From Desulfobulbaceae bacterium (GTDB lineage: Bacteria; Desulfobacterota; Desulfobulbia; Desulfobulbales; SURF-16): 64,000 bases of DNA. The notes below the pieces were generated by a model. The model had not been told where the DNA came from and searched no databases. It saw nothing but the letters and a program-made list of their open reading frames with translations. The translations under genes were made by a program, and so were the position numbers. Shown piece after piece: positions 56,725-64,000 of the stretch (position 1 is the first letter of the stretch; every line of letters begins with the position of its first letter). The DNA is taken from positions 74,087 through 138,086 of the forward strand of contig JAHLLM010000003.1 of the NCBI GenBank assembly GCA_020444175.1, written 5' to 3'.

Positions 56725-58041
56725 TTGATCCTGGACATCCTTTGGCCTATGGGAAAGAACCTGAAAAACATATCCTCGGAATTATCCCTTTTTCTTACCT
56801 TTTTCCTGTTGATTTCAGTCGGCTTTGTTGTACTGCAACTGCCCTTTATCAGTCACAGCCAAGGTCTTTCAACGGTAGATGCTCTTTTCACCGCCACCTC
56901 GGCTGTCTGCGTCACCGGCCTGGTTAGCGTTCCGACATCCGGTTTCAACCTTTCGGGGCAAATTGTCATCCTGATCCTGATCCAGCTCGGGGCAATCGGC
57001 ATTATGACCCTTACCTCGAGCCTGATTCTTTTTTTCAGAGGCGATCTGAATCTGCAGATGCGCCTTAATGCCTCTCACCTGACGGACTCCTACTCCTTCA
57101 AGGAGGTGGAAGGTATCCTGGCTACCATCATCAAATATACCTTTGCTGCCGAACTGACAGGCCTTGTCCTGCTCAGCATCGGCTTTATGCTGGACGGCCA
57201 CTCTTTCTCACAAAGCATGTATCTTGGCCTTTTCCATTCGATATCCGCCTTCTGCAATGCGGGCTTTTCCCCCATTGACTCAAGCCTCATCGACACCAAT
57301 CTCCTGGTCAAGAGCACGGTCATGCTTCTTATCATCACAGGAGGACTTGGCTATTACGTCATCTTCGACATTCTGGAATTTATAAAAAAACGAGACCGGG
57401 TTACCACCCACACCAAAATGGTGATGCTGCTCACCCCTCTGCTCATTTTCGGCGGCGCCTTCTTGTTTCTTCTTGCTGAGAACTTCTCCATACCGGTGGT
57501 GGATGCCTTTTTCCAATCGATCACCGCCCGGACTGCAGGATTTAACAGCGTGGACCTCACCGGCCTGCATCCGGTCAGCCACGTCATACTCATGTCTTTG
57601 ATGATAATCGGCGCAGCTCCAGGCTCAACCGGCGGCGGCGTGAAAATCACCGCATTTTTTGCCGTTATTTTGACAGTATTTGCCACGCTCCGTGGCCATG
57701 ACAAGGTTGTTCTTTTTAGACGAAAAATCCCCTTGAATAATATTTTTCGGGCTTTTGCCCTGCTTTCACTTTATCTCGGATTTCTTGCCGTGGCCTTCTC
57801 CGTGCTGCTTTTTGTTGAAAACAAACCATTTGTCGCTACTCTTTTTGAAACTACCTCGGCTTTGGGCACGGTTGGCTTATCCCTTGGAGTGACCGGCATG
57901 CTCGGCACGGCAGGTAAAATTATTCTCATTTTCTGCATGTTTATCGGCCGTATCGGCCCGGCTGTCCTTATGGTTATCCTGCTCAGGGACGCGACAAGAA
58001 GTCATGTGGATTATCCGGAAGAAAAAATCATACTGGGGTGA
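56725..58041 (+). CDS. trkH: TrkH/KtrB family potassium transporter membrane subunit
   Basis: Multiple MPM repeats with filter-like glycines (TGLVSV, CNAGFS, RTAGFN, LGTVGLSLG). Start is TTG at 56725 or ATG at 56749. Confidence 0.85.
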   Translation: MILDILWPMGKNLKNISSELSLFLTFFLLISVGFVVLQLPFISHSQGLSTVDALFTATSAVCVTGLVSVPTSGFNLSGQIVILILIQLGAIGIMTLTSSLILFFRGDLNLQMRLNASHLTDSYSFKEVEGILATIIKYTFAAELTGLVLLSIGFMLDGHSFSQSMYLGLFHSISAFCNAGFSPIDSSLIDTNLLVKSTVMLLIITGGLGYYVIFDILEFIKKRDRVTTHTKMVMLLTPLLIFGGAFLFLLAENFSIPVVDAFFQSITARTAGFNSVDLTGLHPVSHVILMSLMIIGAAPGSTGGGVKITAFFAVILTVFATLRGHDKVVLFRRKIPLNNIFRAFALLSLYLGFLAVAFSVLLFVENKPFVATLFETTSALGTVGLSLGVTGMLGTAGKIILIFCMFIGRIGPAVLMVILLRDATRSHVDYPEEKIILG

Positions 58042-58044
58042 AAT

Positions 58045-58695
58045 ATGAAACAGGATATTGCGGTTATCGGGCTTGGCATATTCGGCCATGAAGTGGCAGT
58101 CATGCTCGAAAAAAAAGGAAACCATGTGCTGGCTGTTGATATTGATAAAACTGAGATAAAGAAAATCCAGGATCACGTTACTGCAGCGATGATGGCCAAC
58201 GTGACGGAACTTGATTCACTCAAAGAACTTGATATAGGCAAATTTGATGTTGTTATTCTCGGACTTGGTGACAACTTTGAGCAGCTGGTGCTGGGAATAA
58301 CATACCTTAAAAAACTTGACGTCAAACGTATTATTGCCAGGGCTACCACTGAAATACAGCAGGAAATACTTCTGCGCATCGGAGCGGACGAGGTCATCCT
58401 TCCTGAAAAACAGAGTGCCCGGCATCTCGCTGAACGATTATCGACACCAAATCTGCTGGAGTATCTGGAGGTGGCCGAAGATCTCAATGTTGCTGAAATA
58501 CACATAGGCGAAAAATTTGCAGGCAAGACGCTTCTCGAACTTGATCTCCGCAAAAAATTCAACATCACCGCCCTTATCCTGAAAAGAAACAGTCAGAAGC
58601 CCAAGATCATTACAAGCCCGGAACTGAGATTACTTGAAGACGACACGCTGGTTGTCATTGGCTCGCAGGAGGATATCGGCAAGGCCTTTTCCTGA
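58045..58695 (+). CDS. trkA: TrkA/KtrA potassium uptake regulatory subunit (RCK: TrkA-N + TrkA-C)
   Basis: Rossmann motif IAVIGLGIFGHEVA. C-terminal TrkA-C-like segment. Starts 3 nt after trkH ends. Confidence 0.85.
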   Translation: MKQDIAVIGLGIFGHEVAVMLEKKGNHVLAVDIDKTEIKKIQDHVTAAMMANVTELDSLKELDIGKFDVVILGLGDNFEQLVLGITYLKKLDVKRIIARATTEIQQEILLRIGADEVILPEKQSARHLAERLSTPNLLEYLEVAEDLNVAEIHIGEKFAGKTLLELDLRKKFNITALILKRNSQKPKIITSPELRLLEDDTLVVIGSQEDIGKAFS

Positions 58696-58701
58696 TTCAG
58701 C

Positions 58702-58733
58702 CGGGGTAAATAATCGCTCCCCGTCTGTTTTTT
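58702..58733. terminator. Candidate terminator between convergent trkA and GNAT genes
   Basis: cgggg-N12-ccccg followed by tctgtttttt. Confidence 0.45.
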
Positions 58734-58740
58734 GAATATA

Positions 58741-59214
58741 TCAGATGTCCTTATAGTAAACCACTTTGCCATCTCCTTTCCGGTAAAAATCAGGCAGGAT
58801 GCAAGCCACTTCATAGCCCTGTTTTTCATAAAAAGAACGGGCTGTTGCGTAGCTCGTGGTAGCGGAGGTATCTATATAGACGCGGGTGCCTTTACCAAGA
58901 ATCTCTTCCATTGCCCCAACAAGCATGCTGCCCACCCCCCGGCGTGACAGCTCGGGTGCAACGGCAATCCAGTAAAGATCCCAGCGCCTTATGGTCATTG
59001 GAATCGCACCGTAGCAAATAAAGCCACAAAGGGAACAGGAATGCTCGCTGTCTTCAGCCACCAGGATATGGTAACCGTTTTCCTCCGAAGCCAGCCCGTC
59101 ATAAATAACTTCACGTGCCATCTCTTTTTCATCCGGAGTAAAATTTTCAATGGTTTCTATCAGAGTGAAAAGCGGGTGCCGGTCGGCAGCGTCAGCAGGG
59201 CGGATGATGGTCAT
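58741..59214 (-). CDS. GNAT family N-acetyltransferase
   Basis: The acetyl-CoA motif RRGVGSMLVGAME (R/Q-x-x-G-x-G/A) and the length are typical of the family. Confidence 0.8.
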   Translation of the reverse strand: MTIIRPADAADRHPLFTLIETIENFTPDEKEMAREVIYDGLASEENGYHILVAEDSEHSCSLCGFICYGAIPMTIRRWDLYWIAVAPELSRRGVGSMLVGAMEEILGKGTRVYIDTSATTSYATARSFYEKQGYEVACILPDFYRKGDGKVVYYKDI

Positions 59215-59574
59215 TTTTCTAGTCGTACCTTGGAAAATTTGACAGAATCAGAAACAAGCACTTCCCGTGGCTTCTCTCATTCTTCACTGGCAATGAAAAG
59301 GCATGGCCCAATTATAGGATGCCCTGCCCAAAGCCACCACAAAAATTACAGCGCAATGCTCCATTTTTTCTCTTCGCATACGCGAAAAAGCAGAAAGTAT
59401 CTTTTCTGGAACGTATAAAGAGTATTTTTTTGAAAAATCAATATACTGACGTTTTACGTACCCACAGGGTGCTTTTCAGTGGTTATATGTTGACAAACAT
59501 TATGGAATTTTACAGGATTGATGTGCCGGTTACCAATTTGCGGCAAAAACAAACACGATTAAGCGAGTTCCGTC

Positions 59575-60213
59575 ATGGATATTGGATCAATGTCTGAGTA
59601 CCTGAAATTTTTCGCTGCCCTGAGCGCCATTGTCAACCCCATCGGGGCAATACCGATCTTTATCAACCTGACGGCAGACAACACGGAAAAGCAGCGTCGG
59701 ACAAATGCCATCCGGGCATCCTATGCAACAGTTGGCATCCTGTTGACTGCCCTTTTTACCGGCGAGGCGCTGCTGGGCTTCTTCGGCATTTCTATTGCCT
59801 CATTCCGGGTAGGCGGCGGCATTCTGATCCTGCTCATGGCTATTTCCATGCTGCACGCGAAGATGAGTCCGGCCAAACATACAGTTGAAGAGGCAGAGGA
59901 TTCTGCTGACCGGGAAACGGTTGCTGTGGTCCCTTTAGGTACCCCGCTGCTTGCCGGGCCGGGAGCAATCAGCACGGTTATTCTCTATGGCCAGCGATAC
60001 AATTCACCGGTGCATTACGGCATTCTGGCCGTCACCATTATGATTCTCGGCATATCCGTTCTTGTTTCATTCAGGGCAGCCCCGGTCATCGCTTCCTATC
60101 TTGGAAAAACAGGAATCAATGTTGTTACCAGAATCATGGGCCTTATAATGGCAGCTGTCGGCGTTGAATTTATTGCCAACGGACTTAAACAGCTTTTTCC
60201 GATCCTCGGCTGA
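59575..60213 (+). CDS. MarC family (UPF0056) integral membrane protein
   Basis: 212 aa with six TM helices. N-terminal FFAALSAIVNPIGAIPIFI is typical of MarC/YhgN. Confidence 0.85.
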   Translation: MDIGSMSEYLKFFAALSAIVNPIGAIPIFINLTADNTEKQRRTNAIRASYATVGILLTALFTGEALLGFFGISIASFRVGGGILILLMAISMLHAKMSPAKHTVEEAEDSADRETVAVVPLGTPLLAGPGAISTVILYGQRYNSPVHYGILAVTIMILGISVLVSFRAAPVIASYLGKTGINVVTRIMGLIMAAVGVEFIANGLKQLFPILG

Positions 60214-60275
60214 AGTTTTTTTTTAAGTCTGCTTTTCTTACAGGAAAGTTTAAAAGTGCAGACTGGATAAAATGT

Positions 60276-61593
60276 CAGTAATGTCCGGTTAAGGACTTGC
60301 ATGTAGATTTTTAAAATTTTGAGAATTCAGGTCGCCAGGGTCAGGTGGCACATTATCTAATTCTCTCGTTTCATTTTGAATTTTTATTCGTAACTCCCTG
60401 ACCCGTTTTATCGAAACAGGTTCACCATGTTGCTCATGGCAGTAAATGGCGAGTAGAAGATAAGTAATCAGCCCAGACAAAATTTGCACCATTAAACCAT
60501 GTTTGCTGCGTGCAATAAGATGATAAACACGGAGGTGACGTTTCCACCAGCCAAAAAACTTTTCAATTTCCCAGCGAAGTTTGTAAATGAGGGCAATATC
60601 ATCGGCTGAGAGATCAAATCTGTCAGTGGCAACCCAGTATTTTGTGCCCTCAACAGTGTAACCGACAAGTCGAAGAGGGTTTTTTGTCTGCTTTTGGCCT
60701 TCTTTCCCGAGGAGTACTTTTGCATCATAAAAAACAATACTATCAGGATCTATGTCATATTTTTTCAGGCAGGTTTTGTGGGTATTTCCCTTGATGCGGC
60801 AGACAAAGTGTTTAATTTCTTCCTGGAGTTGATCAAAGTTTTGATGATGCTGGTACCCCCGATCCATGATACCTGTTTGACCGGGTTCAAGAATGTTGTG
60901 CACAAAGGGGCGTTCGTCAGCTTTACCATCTGTCAGGAATAGCTTTTGAGGGATGCCCTGATTTATATTGAAACCAAGATGGAGTCTGGCCTTTTTAGAA
61001 TTTTTGCGATAATCGGCCCAAGCCATTGACAGAACAGAGTCAATTAATGATCCGTCTATGGAAACAAGTTCACCAAGTTGGGAATATTTTTTAGGCAAAA
61101 GTGAGCATGCTTGTTTCTGAAGTTGCTGGAATACAGCCAGAAACTGCTCAAGACCACGCTCATTAATGGCTTCAGAAAACGAGCTTCTGCTAATACCGCC
61201 CTCAGGGGCAATATTATTGCGAGCAAAGTCATCTTCCTGCAAAATCTGAACAAGATGACGAGCAGAAGTGTGTTCTTCCAAGTGGAAGAAAATTAGAGCA
61301 TTGAGTTGGTCTTCAAAAGTCATTTGCAACGGCCTATTTCCACGCGAATTCAAATGGGGAATATTGGGCAAAATGCCAGATAATAATTTGGTTAACTGTT
61401 TGAACGAGGGGGCAAAGTAATTTTTCTTCGGTGATAGCTGGCGAGGCATCTTCATAACTCCTTGAAATTATTAGCGTTATGAAAATTTGCCCGCCTATTT
61501 TTAGCTGTTTGTCAAGAAAAAAACACACCTCGCTATATTTTTTTTACATATAATTTCAGTTAGTTACTGCAAGTTTCTAACCGGACACTACTG
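60276..61593 (-). mobile_element. Intact IS4-family insertion sequence (1318 bp) with 26-bp imperfect terminal inverted repeats and a 9-bp target-site duplication
   Basis: Left end CAGTAATGTCCGGTTAAGGACTTGCA. The reverse complement of the right end is CAGTAGTGTCCGGTTAGAAACTTGCA. ATAAAATGT flanks both ends (60267-60275 and 61594-61602). Confidence 0.85.
60289..61455 (-). CDS. IS4-family DDE transposase
   Basis: 388 aa. YKLRWEIEKFFGWWK fits the IS4 Y-(2)-R-(3)-E-(6)-K signature. Candidate catalytic D residues lie in SIDGSLID and GIMDRGY. Confidence 0.9.
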   Translation of the reverse strand: MKMPRQLSPKKNYFAPSFKQLTKLLSGILPNIPHLNSRGNRPLQMTFEDQLNALIFFHLEEHTSARHLVQILQEDDFARNNIAPEGGISRSSFSEAINERGLEQFLAVFQQLQKQACSLLPKKYSQLGELVSIDGSLIDSVLSMAWADYRKNSKKARLHLGFNINQGIPQKLFLTDGKADERPFVHNILEPGQTGIMDRGYQHHQNFDQLQEEIKHFVCRIKGNTHKTCLKKYDIDPDSIVFYDAKVLLGKEGQKQTKNPLRLVGYTVEGTKYWVATDRFDLSADDIALIYKLRWEIEKFFGWWKRHLRVYHLIARSKHGLMVQILSGLITYLLLAIYCHEQHGEPVSIKRVRELRIKIQNETRELDNVPPDPGDLNSQNFKNLHASP

Positions 61594-61610
61594 ATAAAAT
61601 GTAACAGAAA

Positions 61611-62045
61611 TTAAATAAATTCAGAAAAAATCTGCTCAAAACATTGCCTGGCTTGTTCTTCATCACCATAATTGAAAACTTTGAGGTGCGGGTTCCCGGC
61701 GATCATGGCTGACAGTTCTTTTCCTTCAGCCTTGCGGTAGAGGCAGAATATATCTTTTCCCATGGTGCGGGCCATGGCAATTTCATAGCCCACCCCAAGA
61801 GAAGGGGTTGTCACTTCGGCAATAAGAAGATCGGCGTCTTCCATCCACTGCATGTCACGCCCATAAATCTCCTGCTCGGTCATGGATTTTTCCTGCCGCA
61901 GAAGATCCGGATCACCCACATGGGTTGTCAAAACCTCTCCATATTTCTGCAGGTGGCTGATCATCTGTGTATACAGCGTCGCATCGTCGCGACCGCCCCT
62001 TATTGCCCCTGCGAAATAAATTTTCAGCATCTCCATATCTCTCAA
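61611..62045 (-). CDS. 2'-deoxynucleoside 5'-phosphate N-hydrolase (DNPH1/Rcl-like, nucleoside 2-deoxyribosyltransferase fold)
   Basis: IYFAGAIRGGRDD...VLTTHV...AEVTTPSLGVGYEI...LSAMI aligns along its whole length with my recollection of DNPH1. The likely true start is MLKIYF (62030). Confidence 0.75.
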   Translation of the reverse strand: MRDMEMLKIYFAGAIRGGRDDATLYTQMISHLQKYGEVLTTHVGDPDLLRQEKSMTEQEIYGRDMQWMEDADLLIAEVTTPSLGVGYEIAMARTMGKDIFCLYRKAEGKELSAMIAGNPHLKVFNYGDEEQARQCFEQIFSEFI

Positions 62046-62090
62046 GACTCAAAAAAAGGCGACCAAAAGAATGCCCCGGGCAATCCTTGC

Positions 62091-62492
62091 CTACGGCGTA
62101 ATAGTAATTTGCGTCATTTCGCCGGTCTTCTGGTCACGGCAACGTACTTCCGCACGTATTGCGCCTGCGGGAATCGACTTCGACAATTCCATGGAGATAC
62201 TCATTTTTCCAGGCTGCACCTTTTTTATCAGCCACTTGGCTTTACCGCTTTTTTTATCGAACTTCATAACCCGGGGATGCGATTTTATTATATCTATCCC
62301 AGGAGGCAAAAATTGATGGATGATGAGGTTGCCCGGAGAAGGATCTGCTACTTTCAGATCAAGGACAATGCTTTTACCGGCAGAGGAACTATACTTGCCG
62401 CTTACCATATCTCGGGCCTGCGATGTTGCCCCCAGAAGCAACCAGATACACAATACCAAAAACAGAATTTTGCCTTTCCTTGGATACAGCAT
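62091..62492 (-). CDS. Small secreted protein with a DUF11-like (conserved repeat) domain
   Basis: Signal peptide. NLIIHQFLPPGIDIIKSHPRVMKFDKKSGKAKWLIKK is paralogous to the extracytoplasmic domain of the upstream HTH protein. Confidence 0.5.
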   Translation of the reverse strand: MLYPRKGKILFLVLCIWLLLGATSQARDMVSGKYSSSAGKSIVLDLKVADPSPGNLIIHQFLPPGIDIIKSHPRVMKFDKKSGKAKWLIKKVQPGKMSISMELSKSIPAGAIRAEVRCRDQKTGEMTQITITP

Positions 62493-62603
62493 TATTTTTC
62501 CCCTTTCACTCCAAAAATTCCCAAGTTGAGTGCTTATAATGTAAACGTAATCGTCCTGAGGCTTCTACTACCGGGAGAACGCCTTTAACAAAAACAGATT
62601 AGC

Positions 62604-63560
62604 TTACGGCACCACCTCAAATTTCTTTTCTTCCTCATTCCACTCGTAACCGGATCCGAGCCATATCTCCTCCACCTGATCCACATCAATGCCCAGTCCT
62701 TCTATTTCGCTGAATACATCATACACCACGAGTATTTCCTCATCACAGATACAGCCGTCACCATCTGCATCGGCCCAATGCACCTTGGCATTTTTCACCC
62801 GACTATCGCCTTTGACGGTAATTTGCGACCCGCTCGCTTTGCGCACAGCGACTGTCCCGGAAAAAACAGCAGGCCCTCCGGAATTGTTTATCTTTATTCG
62901 ATAGGCAAAAACCTGTTCTCCATCAATTTTTCGTAACCATTTTATTTCACCTGTTTCAGGGTTGAAAGCTGAGTAAGGAGGAACAGCGGACAGTAATTCC
63001 GCGCCCTTTGGCAGAATTTCCTTTAATATAAGAGAAAGCGGAGATGCACTGTCAGTAGACACAGTTATGGCCACAGGAAAGGGCTGACCCGCAACGGCGG
63101 CATGGGGCAAAAGACGACTTGAGGTTATGGTGGGATGCTCCATGGAAGAGGGATAAAGCCACCAGCCTAGAAAAAGAGCGGCAACAAAGAAAAAAAATGC
63201 TGCAAGTCCTTTTCGAGAAAGGTTTGGCCGTTGCGCCTCAGGTTCATCAGCGACAACCTCGTCCTGCTCAATGGGGAGCGCAACGTCTACTTCGGGGAGG
63301 GCTTCTTCCGGGAGCTTTTCAAGAATTTCGTCAAGATCCACTTCAAGAGCTTCGGCAAGCTTAATGCCGTTCTCTCGTTTAATTGTTGGATAGCGCTTAT
63401 TTTCCCAGCGGGAAATAGTATCAGTCGTCACATTTACCGACGTTGCCAAGAAAAGCTGAGTAAGTCCTTTAGACTCCCGCAGACTTCTGACTTTTGCGCC
63501 ATCTATTTTGACCATGGGCACCCCACCGGTCAACTTGATTTCATCCATCACCTTTCCCAT
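62604..63560 (-). CDS. Membrane-anchored XRE-family HTH protein with an extracytoplasmic DUF11-like domain and a dockerin/EF-hand-like C-terminus
   Basis: The HTH is IDGAKVRSLRESKGLTQLFLATSVNVTTDTISRWE. An acidic linker is followed by the TM helix LAAFFFFVAALFLGWWLY. The extracytoplasmic part contains LILKEILPKGAELLSAVPPYSAFNPETGEIKWLRK and then DADGDGCICDEE. The start is uncertain; MVKIDG at codon 16 is plausible. Confidence 0.7.
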   Translation of the reverse strand: MGKVMDEIKLTGGVPMVKIDGAKVRSLRESKGLTQLFLATSVNVTTDTISRWENKRYPTIKRENGIKLAEALEVDLDEILEKLPEEALPEVDVALPIEQDEVVADEPEAQRPNLSRKGLAAFFFFVAALFLGWWLYPSSMEHPTITSSRLLPHAAVAGQPFPVAITVSTDSASPLSLILKEILPKGAELLSAVPPYSAFNPETGEIKWLRKIDGEQVFAYRIKINNSGGPAVFSGTVAVRKASGSQITVKGDSRVKNAKVHWADADGDGCICDEEILVVYDVFSEIEGLGIDVDQVEEIWLGSGYEWNEEEKKFEVVP

Positions 63561-63911
63561 ATTTTAACGGATTCGCAGTTATATCCTGAAAGGTATGGAT
63601 GCGAATCCGCTATGTTTTCGTTCTGGCGTAACTCGTTTTTATCATAAACAATTCTACATCAAGTGCCATAGGATTATTGATTTTTTTACGAGATCCCTCA
63701 ACAATCCCAAATAAAAGTGTTGCAGACGAGTTTGGTGAACAGGGGGGAAAATTTCACATTAAAGAAATGAAAAGGACAAAAAATTCCACTCCCGTCACTC
63801 CAGACTGAAGTCTTCATGGGCCTACATTATGGGTTTCAATTCGTGATTTTCCCTTCCTTCACCAACAAGCCTTCAATGCGTAATCAACTGATATTACAGC
63901 CATGTCGACCC

Positions 63912-63962
63912 GACATCGGGTTAAATACAGCCTGATTTGCCCCGATGTCCTCTATTTTTTTT
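63912..63962 (+). terminator. Orphan terminator-like hairpin with a T-tract
   Basis: gacatcggg-N20-cccgatgtc followed by ctctattttttttcc. There is no convincing plus-strand ORF upstream. Confidence 0.3.
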
Positions 63963-64000
63963 CCCAGGAAAACCGTAATTTCTTATCAACACCAAAAATT

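Noticed and set aside
59527-59542. CGGTTACCAATTTGCG upstream of marC as a sigma-54 promoter
   Set aside because: The spacing and TTGC -12 box fit, but the -24 box (CGGTTA) is poor and the site is only ~34 nt from the ATG. It is too weak to call without a PWM score.
61920-62588. 222-aa plus-strand ORF
   Set aside because: It lies antisense to two well-supported minus-strand genes (the DNPH1-like gene and the secreted DUF11-like gene). It is a shadow ORF.
63590-63612. tRNA-like T-arm (ggatgcgaatcc)
   Set aside because: The flanking bases cannot form the T-stem and no cloverleaf can be drawn. It is one arm of the 10-bp inverted repeat upstream of the HTH gene.
1-64000. CRISPR arrays, rRNA, tRNA and phage or defence-system genes
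   Set aside because: I saw no regularly spaced direct repeats, no rRNA/tRNA-like conserved blocks, and no nuclease, helicase or methylase gene sets typical of defence islands.

Overview
This 64 kb window looks like a chromosomal segment of a sigma-54-rich, signal-transduction-dense bacterium. A Desulfobacterota-like origin is my guess from gene content only. Coding density is high on both strands. I found no rRNA, tRNA or CRISPR array.

Main content:
- Four paralogous hybrid histidine kinases, two further kinases and three NtrC-type sigma-54 activators.
- An operon of a PEP-utilising dikinase-like enzyme, a dual-specificity phosphatase fused to a YkgJ-type Cys cluster, and a sigma-54 regulator.
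- A minus-strand DUF2318/FtsX-ABC operon behind a near-consensus sigma-54 promoter.
- A translationally coupled pair made of a polytopic membrane protein and a CydA-like protein fused to cytochrome c.
- A six-gene string of overlapping start and stop codons: crcB, lptF, lptG, a dehydratase-like protein, a BadF-type ATPase and a small Cys protein.
- Housekeeping and transport genes: U32 peptidase, DUF502, Usp, CorA, alpha-glucan phosphorylase, Kv-type K+ channel, TrkH/TrkA, GNAT, MarC and a DNPH1-like hydrolase.
- One intact IS4-family element with 26-bp terminal inverted repeats and a 9-bp target duplication.
- A 141-bp MITE-like element.

The most interesting region is a visibly A+T-rich island at about 32.1-45.8 kb. 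It carries a GAF-PAS kinase and a sigma-54 activator, followed by sigma-54 promoter candidates. Downstream are a stand-alone PilZ protein, an S8 subtilase fused to FG-GAP/VCBS repeats, and two secreted proteins with PEP-CTERM/VPLPA-CTERM-like C-terminal sorting tails. It also holds a HEAT-repeat membrane protein and a parvulin PPIase, but no exosortase or polysaccharide genes.

All functional calls rest on motifs I could read in the supplied translations. No database search was run.
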